From Octopus vulgaris (Eukaryota), in NCBI GenBank assembly GCA_951406725.2, contig OX597831.1:59024001-59088000 (forward strand): a stretch of DNA of 64,000 nt. Direction: 5' to 3'. A program made the position numbers and the translations under genes. The notes below the pieces were generated by a model. That model was not told the origin of the DNA. It did not search any database and was given only the letters and a program-made list of their open reading frames with translations. Position 1 is the first letter of the stretch, and the number at the start of each line of letters is the position of its first letter. Positions 50,777-64,000 of this stretch are shown here, in pieces.

Positions 50777-51649
50777 GTGTGTGCGCGCGCGCGTGTGTAT
50801 ATGTTCGTTTGCACCTATGTATGTATGTGTGTGCGTGTATATATGAATTGAAAGCTAGTTGTACAACATAAAAGTAAGAAACATATTGTATCGCGTAGCA
50901 TGGAATTTTGAGAACGCAGATGCGATCATGTTATATTAAATAATTTCAAAGTATTTTTTGGAGCTAATTACTATATATATGTGACCATCTCTCTGTCGGT
51001 TACGACGACAAATGTTCCAGTTCACCCGATCAACGAAACAGCGCATACTCTTAACGTAGCTCTTAGTAAGAGTCAGTGTGACACAGAATGTGACAAGACT
51101 GGCCTTTTTGCACTATAGGTACTACTCATTTTCACCAGGTGACTGGACAGGAGCAATCTGAAATGAAGTATCTTGCTCAAGAACACAACGCGTCACGGGA
51201 ATCGAACTTACGATAGAATGATCGTCAGCTGAATACCCTAACCATTAAACTAATTGCCTTCCCAATCTCTCTGTCTCTCTCTATATATATATGTGTGTGC
51301 GCGTGTGTGTGTGTGTGTCTGTGTGTGCGCGCCTGCATATTTTCACACACACATACATGTGTGTGTTTCTGTGTCTGTGTGTATGTATGTAAATCATCGC
51401 TGGTGGGATTCGAATCCACGGCCTAGTGTTTAGGGTATTCGGCTCACAATCGTATGGTCATCAGTTCGATCCCCACCGGTGCGTCAAACCAATCGGCTCG
51501 CAAATGTGAGAAGTAACTGTGTAACAAAGGATCAGTCTTGTCACAATCTGTGCCACGCTGAATCTCTCCCAGAACTACTTTGAGAGTATGCATGTCTGTG
51601 GAACGCTCAGCCACTTGCGCCTTAATTTCACGAGTAAGCTGTTCCGAAG

Positions 51650-51652
<3 letters not shown>
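50500..51652. mobile_element. Cluster of three family D SINEs in +/-/+ orientation
   Basis: 50505-50670 and 51495-51652 are direct copies; 50990-51260 is the reverse complement. Confidence 0.8.
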
Positions 51653-51709
<57 letters not shown>

Positions 51710-51716
<7 letters not shown>

Positions 51717-52460
51717 GAAATGCGGTACTCAGAAAATCGGATGGTTTTATATTTACAGATATTTATTTGTATGTTACATGTTTTTATACATCATATAAAT
51801 TAGATCATGTATTAGCGCTTTCTCCCATTCTTGTGGGGTTTTCAAATCAAACTAAGTTCCTGGGTTAAACGTTTTGACCATTTTATAGTGGTGGGGAGGA
51901 ATGTAAGACAGTACAAGAGGGCGATGGATGAGGAGGCAGTAAGACAGAGACAGAAAGCATGTGTGTGTGTGTGTGTGTGCTTTTGTATTTGGAACGAGTG
52001 CTAAAGAAAAATAGGGGATGGGAGAGTGAAGAAGAAGAAAATTATTCTTTTGCTCTGCTGGACAGCATGCTTACTCCAAGGGGGGAGGTCTAAGATCTTG
52101 GGAAAAAAGAATATATATAGGTGTGTAAGTGGGTGAGTATGTATGTACTATGTACCTATGTATGTATGTGTATGCATGTGTATATGTTTGTGTGTGTCTA
52201 CTTCAGAATTTCTGAAGCCTGAATATCAGATTTCGATTAAGACCTGATTCATTGAATTATCGTGTAGGTTAGTATTCCTTGGTGGAAACCCCTGAGATGG
52301 TACGAGAACCTCGGACGTTATTTGCAGATACACTCCATCGAAAGGATTTTGTACATTTTCTTTCTATCCACTTACACTCAGACGATATGATTCGTTCGAG
52401 ACTTTATAAAATAATATTTGCCAAAAGGTCATGCTGTGGAGAATGGAAACTTGAACTTGT
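51710..52460 (-). mobile_element. Penelope-like 3' end with UUGAAAA-core HHR-like motif (about 51809-51850)
   Basis: Terminus matches the 21901 arm; reverse complement gat-TTGAAAA-cccc..ggga-GAAA-gcgc-TA-atac; possible SGLNR endonuclease C-terminus near 52235-52250. Confidence 0.6.
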
Positions 52461-52589
52461 AGGATCTGAGGAAACATCTTACATATTCATCGGTATTGTT
52501 CTGTTATCTATGCATCTATCTATCGAAATATCTCTCTCTCTCAGAATCTATCTCACATTATCACTCTCTCTCTATTTATATAAATTATA

Positions 52590-52610
52590 TATACAATTGA
52601 ATTATATATG

Positions 52611-52648
<38 letters not shown>

Positions 52649-52701
52649 AATATATATATATACGCACATGTATATAATATATATGTATATATACATATAT
52701 A

Positions 52702-52793
<92 letters not shown>

Positions 52794-52810
52794 CGTACAC
52801 ACATACACAA
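52590..52810. repeat. (TA)n microsatellite
   Basis: Direct inspection. Confidence 0.95.
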
Positions 52811-55796
52811 ACACTGATTTCAAGATTCAGCCATGGTCTACTTTGCTTTTCACCCTTTCGAGGCTGATAAAATAAGTAACATTTGTACATTGGGGTCGTT
52901 GTAATCCACTCGCTCCGAGACTTGAAATTGCTAGTCATGTGCCAAAATATGAGACCAAAATTTGGTAAATTTATAAAATTCCCACTAAACACTAGGTTAA
53001 TTTTTTAAAGGATGAAAGTTCTTAAAAGCATTACTCTGTTGGATAGAATACATAGAGTCGCCTGTGGGGTTGACTTTCAAATCAAGCTATGGCCAAAATT
53101 ACCGTTCATCCGCTCAACCTCGAAAGGATGAAAGGTAGTTCCAGTTTAGTACCGGGTTAGGTTCATCTATTGTCTCGGTCTCTTTTGTGCTCGTCTGTTC
53201 ATTGTCCGATTCTATTATACTGATTCCTATTAACTGCATTATACCCGTAGAAGACGAAGCAACTGACTTGCAAATTTTATCAACTCTTGTGGTTAAACAT
53301 CTGAACACTTATCGAATAGATTACAACGTATATTTGAAGATTTCTAGTGTAGTGTAGAGATAATCAGATGGCTACTAAAATTATATTTTATCCCACAAAG
53401 CAGTAAACTGAGTTCTTTCAGAAATTTCCATTCTACTGAAGTTTAGTGGAGGTGGTTGAAATATTTTATATTTGAACGTGTTGTTTGGATTTTCATATTT
53501 AATCCATGTCACTGACTTCAGGGCTGACGCATTCAGTATATGCTGACTTCGGTTCATTTGCCTGAGTATTGTTTTATTATTACTTCTGTTTGTTTACATA
53601 GTTTCATTGACTTGCATGAATATGCGTTTGCGTGGGACGAAACTGACATCTCGTAAATACAATACAGAGAAACATACATGCGTAGTTCTATAACAAATAT
53701 GTAAAATACTTACTTCCTTTAAAGCTTTCATTCATCTTTATTTGTTTTCGATCATGCGAGTTAAAAACAATACGGGTTTTAATGCATCAGCCCTTTCTAA
53801 AATCCAGTATCAGAGCTGGATTACAAAGGCATTTGTACACTTCATGTTGTCAGATCTGCATTTGATTCAAACTACTTAAACATTATGAAAACTATATAAA
53901 ATCTTCGAATAAGTTCCACATCTTGAGAGAACTGGAAAACAAAACTGGAAGAATCGACAGACCTACTGTTCTTACTTTGGCAATGTTTTCTTTTTTTCCA
54001 ATATAATGACAGTCACCTTCTTTATTTCATTTTATAATTAGCATTTATAAATTGTAATTCAGCATTTTTTTCTCTGAGAGAAAATTAATTATTAGTGAAG
54101 AAATGAAATTATTTCCAGAATATAGCCTCATTCTCAATAAAACGAACGATATTGATTAAGTTAATTCTAACTCTGCGTACTATGATAATTTACGTGAATG
54201 TCTGTTAGGCAAGCTGTCTGAGCTAAAAAAAAAAAAAAAAGCTGATAACGCACATAAAATATACTTTCCGCGCTTAGGAGAAACAACTATTTCTAAACAA
54301 AGCATGACAATAAACGTGCATCGTGTGATTTATTTATGTGAATAATATTCTGAAACGAAAGCACACCATACATGTAACATACTATTGTAAATTTTGCATA
54401 TGCACATGTAACAGAAAAAGGAAAATAGACTGAGAGTGCTCTATTCATACATTATGCAGTACATCATAAATATATTTCCTTGAACTAAAATAAATATTTC
54501 TATGCTTTTCCTGCATTTTGGAATCCTATACGTTGTATACATTTTTTGAAAACTTGGTAATTGCTCTACCATTAGAAAACTGGAAAAATATCGAAGTCAA
54601 ACACGTCGTTCTTAACAACAAACATAATTAAATAGTAGTAAATAACGTTATAAATCCAAGTTTTGAATTAGAGTGCTTTATGTCCGTTTCCAGAGCATTA
54701 TGATATCGTCTGTTATAAATTTTATGGGAGGACAAACAAATACACCTAATATTCTGAAAATATATTACTGTTTTGATGTAAACAAATATACATGTATCAC
54801 TTTTGCATTTGAAATATTGTTTATTTCATTATATATATATCAGTAAAATACTATATTCCAGATTGTATTCCTCTAAAGTATGCCTATTCATTATATATTC
54901 ACACGGGAATACACGTAAAAATGCTCAAACAATTTGCAGGATATATACACATGAAAACACATAACTCATTGAAGTGGCTGAACACGGCCTGTCGATATCA
55001 GTCTCATACATGTACACGCTTGTAAACAAAATGCAAAGTATTAGAGTAATATAATCTCATAACGGCTATACAGATCGGTTCAGAAAGAAATCAATTCTTT
55101 GTAAAAGTAGCATCTCAATATTCTTCGCCAACCAAACAAATATATAAAAAAAAAGTCATAATCAAATATTGATCTGAGAAAATGGTTTTAATTAAAAACG
55201 ATCATATCTTTAAAGACATAACAATGCTATTGCTTCAATTTTCTAAAACAATTGATCAAATTAAAATTTACACGAAACCGTTTGTTGCCTGAAACAAAGA
55301 TATCTTAGGAGACATAATTTGATATATGCTTAAAAAGAAATATATCAAACGTCCAATTTTAAAGAAATGTAAATCCCACTTGAAGATAATACATCCGTAC
55401 TACTACGACGGACTACAAACGTAGTCTTTAAAATAACAAAAACACAAGGCAAAAAATCTGCTGTCTTTCTAATAGAATTAATATCACTAACAGCGTATCG
55501 CACGCGAAGCGTTATATTTAAACTAATTTTGGAAGTGAGTATAAATATGATTAAAATCAACAAGTCTCAAACTAGTGTTTCTCAACCTTAAATTCAGTGC
55601 GAAATCGTTATGGCCCCGTACTAATTTAAGGTTTTATCCCCAGTTTGTCCCTCAACTTAATGCATCTAAATAAGTAGGAAGAAATATATTAAAAGTTTCA
55701 GTTTTGCATCAAAGCATCCACTCCACTTGGAAATAAATAAAATAGTTGAATATATATTTACAAAGCAAAAAATCTAAATGTTCAGTTTATATTGCC

Positions 55797-57331
55797 TGAT
55801 TTCAACGGGACTCTGTGACTGATGCAGGGTTACCAGCTTGTCAATGTTTGGTTACAAAGCCGTCAGTGAGAGGCGTAAATCTCCTCTTCTTTCTAAGTCA
55901 AGGAGATTTCGAGTCTTTGACAGTAGAAATATCACCCGACTGAAACCTGACTCAACTAAATAAGATGTGGGAAATGTGAGTAAAAACAACTTAGCGTTTT
56001 TTCCAGAGTAATGGGTACTTTTTAGAGATCTCTTCATTCATGCAAAGCTTCTGGAATTTTCCATACTTGAACCTGGCTTGAACTGCTGTATTATGTTGAA
56101 GTTCAATGAAGCTTTCTTGTATGTCAATATCGACTTCAGATGAATCAACAACGAAGGGATCCACAAACCACTGCGGCACCGTCACCTGGAGTAAATCAGA
56201 GAAGCGAATTTCCATATCATTATGTAAATGCTTCAAATGATCCACATCAACTGTTAAGTCTTCATCAAGCATCTCGGTGAATATGCTTGCTAGGTAAGGA
56301 ACTGTGCAAATTCCCATCTTCCAAGATCCAGCCAGAATAATTTTAGCTTCCCGTTGAAGATTTTAATTTTCTCTTTGCAAGAAAAGACAGTGGAGTTATT
56401 TCCTTGAAGTTCTTTGTTAAGGACATTTAGCTTTCCAAGTGTGTCAAGCAAGTTAAAAATATCGCTCTTTGCATTAATAACTTTCTCTCCAAGTTCTGTT
56501 GCTCGCAAAACAGCGATAACAGTGCTCCAAATTGCAACAAAGTGAAGCAGGCAATTACCCTTGGATAGCCATATGATTTCAATAAGCATCACAAGTCGTT
56601 GAAATTCCTCGATTTGAAATTCCTCGATTTGAAATTCCTTAGATTTCACATAAGGAGGTGATCTTGCAGTGCATACTTTTTTTATCAAGTTGACAGCTTT
56701 GATAACATTTATAAGTGCATTATTCCAACATCCTGCTATGTCTTTGGCAACCAGATGCTGTCGAGGAACACAGTGCACACAAAGCACATTAGGAACATAG
56801 CAGCAGTGCCATCTGTTGCACAAACCACAATGTTCTTCAATTGGATGTTGTTCTCCTCAAAATATGCCTCAAGGGTTTTGAAGATGGATTCCCCTTTTGT
56901 GTCGGTCGTCAATTTCAAAGCAAAAAGCAAACAAATGGCATTAAAAAAGCAGAATTATCAGGTAGAGTTGATTCATCTATTTGAAGTGAGAACTCATTTA
57001 CCCTAAGTTTTCAAATTAAATGGCTTACCAGCTTTTGCAAGTAAAGTTGCTATCTTGTAAAAGCCAATATTCCTTTGTCTACTTTTGTTGCTTTTTCAGT
57101 GAACATTTGATCCACTTTCAGGTTTGATGAAATCTAGAGGCTTGCATTTCTTATCTCTATGTGCAGTCTCCAGATGTTTTTGTTAGCTTGCAGGGTCGCA
57201 TCATTTCATTTGAGAATGAAGTCGTGCATAGCAGACACATAGGCATGGTAGAATCTTGTGGAAATTTAATGAATACATCAGCAATATATTCAACAGAATA
57301 TTGTCTATAATTGTTTAGCTGCATTTGCCAT
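55797..57331 (-). pseudogene. Buster-type hAT transposase pseudogene
   Basis: RQYSVEY...PMCLLC (BED-like), TTDTKGESIF, CATDGTAAM, VHCVPRQHLVAK, WLSKGNCL, FPTSYLVESGFS...RGDLRLSLT; several frameshifts. Confidence 0.92.
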
Positions 57332-58299
57332 GTTTATCTGAAATAACAAACAAATATTTTCAAAAATGTTGAAAACGCAAAAGGTTAGTTTCAAGCGTTT
57401 TCGTCATGGGTGAACACGGAGTAAGGTAAACCGATATACTTTTTTAGCTGAGAATAAAATTAAATCTAAAACCAAGATTATAAATTTAATACATTACGTA
57501 GTAATCTAAATCAAAGATTTTGATAATCAGGAAAAAAACTGATCAATATCTATGCTTATAAAAAGATAAAAATAACAAGATAAAACTTCATCAATCCCTT
57601 TTCAGTTGACAATCCAGAAAGAAAATTAGTTTGATGAAAAGAAACCAAATTATAAAGGTGATAGCTAACGCAAGTGAACTGGTAAACTCATGGAGAAAAT
57701 AGTGCTGATTTATTGTTGAATCACATTCGAATTGCGAAAATGAGTTATCAAAGTATATTGAAAATCTATTTTCTTTTTTAAAGAAAAAATATTTTATAAT
57801 GTATTTTGTTATATTCTATTAAACATAGTTCAATATTAAATTTTCCTCTAATTAACTATATAGTACCATTCAGTGACTAAATTTTGAATTATTAAATTTA
57901 TTAATAATTTAATAGTTGTATAAATGTGCATATAAGAATGATTTCATCTGCTTTCCCAATGAATTGCTTGTTTGTCATCGGGGTACCTCTCTCTTGATTC
58001 CCCATCTGTGTCTGAATACTTCTCAAAACCCGTATTTAATTATAGGTTTATTGAAAATTAATCCTATACTCCTATGTGAAGAAACTGTTTTCCTGACCAC
58101 TTGGGTCCAGTTTGAATGATTGATTAATAAATTAAATTGAGGGATCGAGCTTTCCCATATCGACTCGAACGCTATGGACCTAGATGGAATATTTATGTTA
58201 ATCAAAGTAGCTTATAAAAACTTAGGTAAAATGAAATAAAAAGTAGATACTTGCACACGAATGACGCGGAAGCAAGAGTAGAAGTAGGATGAGATAAGC

Positions 58300-58341
58300 A
58301 GAGAGAGAGGGGGAAGAGAGAAAGAGAGAGAGAGAGAGAGG

Positions 58342-58380
<39 letters not shown>
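58300..58380. repeat. (GA)n microsatellite
   Basis: Direct inspection. Confidence 0.95.
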
Positions 58381-58382
<2 letters not shown>

Positions 58383-59259
58383 GGAAGTGGTATAATTTGA
58401 AAAACAAAATAGAAAAATGAATCTGAAAGAGACATGCGAGGATGTCAGCCAGTTAGCATGGACGTTGTTGATTGGATGGGTTTTGAATATCGTCAATCAT
58501 GATACTGGAGTTTAATTACTAACTGTGACTTTGCCTTCTGCGCTGTCCATTATGTGTGCATGTTTTACAGCTTTAAAATTTTGGAGCCATTTGCTATGAT
58601 GCAATGATATGTAGTCGTTCATCTTACGAACCAGACATACAACACTCAAAAGCTAATATTCTAATATGTGTTCTTTAAGTACATATATGAGTGTAATTGA
58701 AAATTAATACATAAGGATGACCCAACATAATTATAAACACATATACACGTTTCTTATATGTATATGTATAACGTGCATTTTACAATTAAAAATACATACC
58801 TACATCTTAATATTTTATGATACCCAAATTTTCTGTGGTCCCCGTAGTCACCTGTGGCTCGCTATTTTTCAAACTTAGCTTTGTGGCTCCTAAGATATGT
58901 TTCATGGCCCCTTATCGGTACATATGGCTCCCGTTGAGACATTCTGGTGTAGACAATAACAGCTCAAAACATAGTTATCAACGAATTATTTGTAATTCCT
59001 GGCAACCCTCTAAAATTCACGTCTTCCTGATAGTCAAGTTTTATAAATACACATTAAGGATGCAGGACACAGAGCCCTATATCAGATAACTTAGCTTAAA
59101 ACGTAGCTTACTATAATTGTGGCATCGAAACAAACGATACATAGATATATGTTCTCGACTGAAAAAGAAGGGTGTAGTTCATAGAAATATAAAGTAGATT
59201 CGTACTTGTAAATTGTGATATATGTGTATAAGTATGTATGTATTTATCTATGCATGTAC

Positions 59260-59294
<35 letters not shown>

Positions 59295-59298
<4 letters not shown>

Positions 59299-59493
59299 TA
59301 ATCCAAACAAGAAAGCACAAAAAAACACAACAACGCGAGGACGTGGAACAAATATAGTATTATTGGACGCTCAGGAAAGAAGGAGGGTCTAACGTTTCGA
59401 GCGGCGGAGCTCTTCGTCGGAAACATAGGAGAAGGAAAGATCCAGAGAAGGGAAGACAAAGGAAAAAATCGTCAACGGTACACACGCGGTCAC
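59295..59493 (-). mobile_element. pLTR-like repeat with minimal HHR-like motif abutting (TA)n
   Basis: Reverse complement ccgacgaagagctccgccgctcgaaacgttag...cctgagcgtccaataata. Confidence 0.6.
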
Positions 59494-59819
59494 TCCTGCC
59501 AGTGAGAGTTAAATATAAATTTAATCCACAACCAAAAGAACTACTATTATGATACTTGAGCCAAGTTTATTTCTTTATCAAATTAGTTTCTTTTAGTTTG
59601 TTCTACTCCAATTGGAGTGAATGTGGTTTTTGCAATCAAGGGGAGACGGGTATCTTTGTTTTGTTGATTTCGTTTGATTCTTCTCGCTCCAATTTTGCAT
59701 CGATCTTCTACACGTATATTTTGTGCATTTGACTTATGTTCTCACTGTCCAGCGTTCTTGTTTTTAAAATATTATATGACATAAACACAGAGTGAAAGAT
59801 TGCTTAGGGATAGGTGACA

Positions 59820-60620
59820 TCTCTATATATATGAAACTGAGAATGTGTGTCTGTGTGTTTCCCTAAAGCTTGAGAACTACACAATCAATTTCATTCAATT
59901 TTTACACATGCCTTACTTAAGGTCCGGGGTGTGTCATCGGCAAATATTTTAACTTTTTCCCTCAGGCGACCCCACAGCAATATCATATCTTCTCCACTAT
60001 TTCAGTATTACGTGTTAAAAGTGAAACAAAAACATCTCTCTATTGTAATGCAGACATTCACTTAATACTGAAGGTATTAAAGTGAAAGTATTATATAACA
60101 GGGATGAACCATTAACAGTGGTCATCCATTTTGCTAGAAGAAGATCCGCTATGGTCTTATATGCTACACCACTGGTTTTCAATTCATATTAATAAAATAA
60201 ACATTCAATTTTTCACCCTTATTATGTGAGTGTGTATTAGCAATTCGTATAAAATTGCATCAATGACTTGAACTTGAATAAGTGGTTTCACATAAATGGA
60301 GATAAATTAAAAAGTTGTTTTGTTGCATTTGTTAAATAATTGTAAACAGTAACCCTCCCACTTTTGGAGAAAGGGCTTTGGTTATTGTTTCAAAATTGAA
60401 TTGTGTCCCTGTTTGGGGAAATTTACAATATTTTCACCGTCATTACGGAAGTATTTTTGGTAAAATGCCTTTGATAAAAGAAAGTCCAAACATGAATTTC
60501 GCTGCAGCCGTACACTTCTATACAAGATCCAATTGATCGAAATTGCAAGAGACGAGCCTACAATTCGAGTCTGTTATATATTTTGAGTATTGTTATCTCT
60601 AGCGATATCAAGATATAACT
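59820..60620 (+). mobile_element. Non-autonomous Helitron, 3'-truncated, same family as 38816-39799
   Basis: tctctatatatatgaaactgagaatgtgt...; ends gagtattgttatctctagcgatatcaagatataact. Confidence 0.75.
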
Positions 60621-60804
60621 TGGACTCGACATGTACATACTTGCAATGATTCATTCCTGAGAGTAAGAGACATTCGGGCCATTTGACGTTGGGGAAGTTG
60701 AAATCTCCCATAAGAAATATGGTCACGTAGGATTCATGAGGATTTTTTTAATTCTTGTGAGGCAATCTTCAAACTTGCCTATGTGATTTGGAACATCCGA
60801 TGGG

Positions 60805-60807
<3 letters not shown>

Positions 60808-60885
<78 letters not shown>

Positions 60886-61056
60886 GATAGATATGTATAG
60901 ATATATATATATATAGAAAGATATGTATATATATATATATATATATATAGATACATATACTTAGATATATATAGATATATATATATATAAATATATATAT
61001 ATGGATATACATATATATACATAAATATATATATACATATACATACATACACATAC

Positions 61057-61087
<31 letters not shown>

Positions 61088-61260
61088 TATATATACACAT
61101 GCATATATATACACATGCATATATATACACACATGCATATATACACACATGCATATATATGCACACATGCATATACACACATATATATATATGTATACAT
61201 ATACATATATATATATATATATATATACATATATATATACAAACATATATATATACAAAT
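60808..61260. repeat. (TA)n/(TACA) microsatellite
   Basis: Direct inspection. Confidence 0.95.
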
Positions 61261-61264
61261 ACTG

Positions 61265-61790
61265 CCTGGGAAATTGATCGGAAACATCCTGGAAAGTTCC
61301 GAGGATTTCCCAATTTCCTGGAAACTTGGTCGGAAAGATCATGGGAAGTTCCGATGGTTTCGTGGAAAGTTCCGAGGATTCCCCCGATTTTCTGGAAAAT
61401 TGGTCGTAAACATCATGGAAAGTTCCAATGATTTCATGGAAAGTTCCGAGTATTTCCTGGAAAGATCCATGTTTCCAAACTTCCTGGAAAATTGAGCGTA
61501 AACTTCCTGGAAAGCCCCGATGATTTCATGGATAGTTCCGGGGATCTGCAACTTCCTGGGAAGTTGGTCGGAAACATCCTGAAAATTCCGAGGATTCATG
61601 GAAAGTTCCGGGGATTTCCCAAATTCCTGAAAATTCGTTGGAAAACCCCTTGAAAGTTCCATAGATTTCCTGGAAATTCCGGGGATTCGCCGAATCCCAG
61701 GAAAATTTGTCGGAAACTTTCTGGAAATTTCCGAGGATTTCAGGGTAAGTTTCGTGATTTTCCTAACTTCCTGGAATGTCTGTCGAAAAC
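61265..61790. repeat. GGAAA/TTCC-rich degenerate minisatellite
   Basis: Recurrent ggaaagttccgaggatttcc and ttcctggaaa..tggtcggaaa units. Confidence 0.9.
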
Positions 61791-62321
61791 TACACTTCAT
61801 CCTTCAAAATATCTATGTATCCTGAAATCCGCCAACAGTACACATGACGGCCAATTTTTTCTTTTTAGTTGTAGTGCACCTGATCACTGTATACAACAAT
61901 TTCCTTTATCCTTGTGTATGTGCGTGTGTTGACTTTCTTTGCAATATTTTAGGGCTGTTAATCATTGTAATGTCACACACTTCTGTTCCCACTCAGTGGT
62001 ACCCTATACAATTTTCAATATCTGGTGCAAGACTGTCTCACTTTTCCATTTATTTCTCTGTCGGTCTCTCCCATCTATCTACCTCTCTACCTATCTGCTG
62101 CTTTTCTCTCTTAACTGCCTTCCATTTCTTCCTCTGTCCATCTCTGTCAAATACCTACTGTCTATTTTGATTCCCTTATTTTTCTGCACTCTATCTTTCT
62201 GCCTACCTGCTCTTCCCTAACATTCTCTACTCTCTTTAATTCACTCCTTCGGTACCAAAAGACAATCCAATTGTTTACTATTCATCGTGTTTTCTACTTG
62301 ACCAGTGCATAGGTAAGACAT

Positions 62322-62500
62322 CATTGTTTAATGTCCATTTTCCATGCTGGAATAGGTTGAATGGTTCCACTGGGGCCTGGGAAGCTAGGAGGTTGAACCA
62401 AGCTCCAATCTGATCTGGCAGTGTTTCTACAGCTAGATGCCTTTCCTAATGCCAACCACTCTGAGAGTGTAGTGGGTGCTGTTTTTACGTGCCACCGGGC
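62322..62500 (-). mobile_element. SINE/RTE-related 3' fragment
   Basis: Reverse complement ggttggcattaggaaaggcatctagctgtagaaac...ccagcatggaaaatggacattaaacaatgatg. Confidence 0.7.
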
Positions 62501-62708
62501 CAATTTCCTGCCTAGTATTTTATAAATGTAGATAGTGAAATAATCACATAAATATGAAATTATGAAGAACTAATTATATATATATATGTGTATGTGTGTG
62601 TGTGTATACAGATATATATATATACAAATATACATATATATAAGATCTATATATATGTATACTATAATGTATGAAGCTACTTTTTGATTAGGATGTATCA
62701 AGTATTGG

Positions 62709-63020
62709 TGAAGGCGCATGGCTCAGTGGTTTGAGCGTCGAGCTTACGATCATGAATTTGTGAGTTCGAATCCCGGATCGGGCTGCGTGTTTTGTTCTAG
62801 AGCAAGACACTTTATTTCTCGTTGCTCCAGTTCACTCAGCTGTAGAAATGAGTTGCGACGTCACTGATGCCAAGCCTTTGCCTTACCCTTGAATAACGTT
62901 GGCAATGTGGAGAGGAGAGGCCGGTATGCATGGGCGACTGGTGTCTTCCATAAACAACATTTCCCGGACTTGTGCCAGGGAGGGTAACTTCCTAGGTGCA
63001 ATGCCATGGTCAGAGGGTTC
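62709..63020 (+). mobile_element. tRNA-derived SINE family B
   Basis: A box tggctcagtgg, B box gttcgaatcc; homologous to 32696-33002. Confidence 0.88.
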
Positions 63021-64000
63021 TCCACAACAATTACTAAAAGAAAGAAATTACTAAAGGTTTGACCGTCTGGAAATATTTTTTAAAATTCATGTTATAAAAC
63101 TTTTCTTATAATTGCGATTTCTCAACTTTAAGAATTTTTTTAATTCCCATTTCTCACATATTTAAACATTCATTGAACTGCGGAGTATTCCTTTTTTGTA
63201 AAGTCTCACCTTCACTTGTAATGTTTTCATTTCAAGTTTTAATTCACTATTTGGAAGACCGACAATTTATTCTATTAATGAATAGGTGATATAACAAATA
63301 TTATTTATTGTTTGAAATTTAAAAACAAATATGTAAAATTTGTGTAAAAAATTTTAAAGTATTTTTGTTGTTATGGCTCTATACGCATTACAATAATAAC
63401 CATCCGGATCGATTTCGGCCATTTTCCTTTTTTAACTTAAAAAAAACGGGAGGAGCCTTTTCGGTAAAAAAATAAAACAAAACAAACTAAGTATTTTCAG
63501 AAGAAATGGTGAATAATTCAAGAGATGTTTTACTGTTGTTTCTAGCACAACCCAAACCGCCTTCCTTTTTCACTCTCATATTTATTGATGATTTTTTCAA
63601 TACTTTTCTCCCATTAAACACATCGTATGGAATAATGGTCTATCGATAGAAGAAACAAACAAACAAAATAAATTGTAATCTGAAATTTATTTCTCCACTG
63701 TCGCTTTAAACCGCGACCTGTTCACTGACAAAACTTCGTACTGCGTCACTTTTCAGGGAACAGGTTGTGGTTTCAAGGCGTCGAAACTATTTTGACATAA
63801 ATAAAATTTAAATGCTAAAGTGAAACTGTTTTTGTGTGTTCTTGAATGGCTTACAAACATCTTCAAATCTGCAATTGTTTTTGTTTCAGCACAAGATCTC
63901 AGATCAAGTCACTTGCTATGCAAGTATGTCTCCGTACTTTTTACAAATCACTCTGGATAGATATCAATAATGACGTTCTAAGGCTCTGCAATATTCTGAT

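Larger units (their letters stand above)
55573..58946 (-). mobile_element. hAT (Buster/Charlie-type) DNA transposon, near full length, decayed
   Basis: Imperfect TIRs tagtgtttctcaac / gttgagacattctg; right flank gtgtagac resembles the Buster target consensus; internal transposase. Confidence 0.75.

Noticed and set aside
61265-61800. CRISPR-like array or 126-153 aa ORFs
   Set aside because: No unique spacers, eukaryotic context; the ORFs arise from the repeat.
62709-62780. tRNA gene-like A/B boxes (also 14880, 32700, 49014, 51420)
   Set aside because: No complete cloverleaf; they continue into SINE bodies.
63380-64000. Possible DNA-transposon remnant
   Set aside because: No TIR pair or coding motif identifiable within the window.

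Overview
AT-rich, microsatellite-saturated animal DNA. The tRNA-derived SINE families and repeat landscape look like a coleoid cephalopod, probably Octopus (inference, not searched). No host protein-coding exon can be supported, and almost all ORFs in the track are translated (TA)n/(TG)n repeats. The only long intact ORF (263-2539) is a Penelope-like retroelement (RT plus Cys-rich linker plus GIY-YIG endonuclease, Neptune-type). It is preceded by a repeat-rich upstream frame and a UUUUUUA heptamer in the register for a -1 frameshift. The rest is TE debris: RTE, CR1 and R4/Dong LINE fragments, mariners, a hAT/Buster element, non-autonomous Helitrons and many SINEs. The most striking unexplained structure is a set of about nine tail-outward inverted-repeat (fold-back) modules sitting mostly in (TA)n tracts. 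They come with about 14 type-I hammerhead ribozyme motifs, canonical to degenerate, on both strands and from several families. Two modules carry a hammerhead in each arm, and the second arm repeatedly ends at an internal TATA-rich site about 100 nt from the terminus. I read this as a (TA)n-targeted, ribozyme-bearing, two-ended-priming non-autonomous system driven by Penelope-like RTs. All alignments and folds were done by eye.
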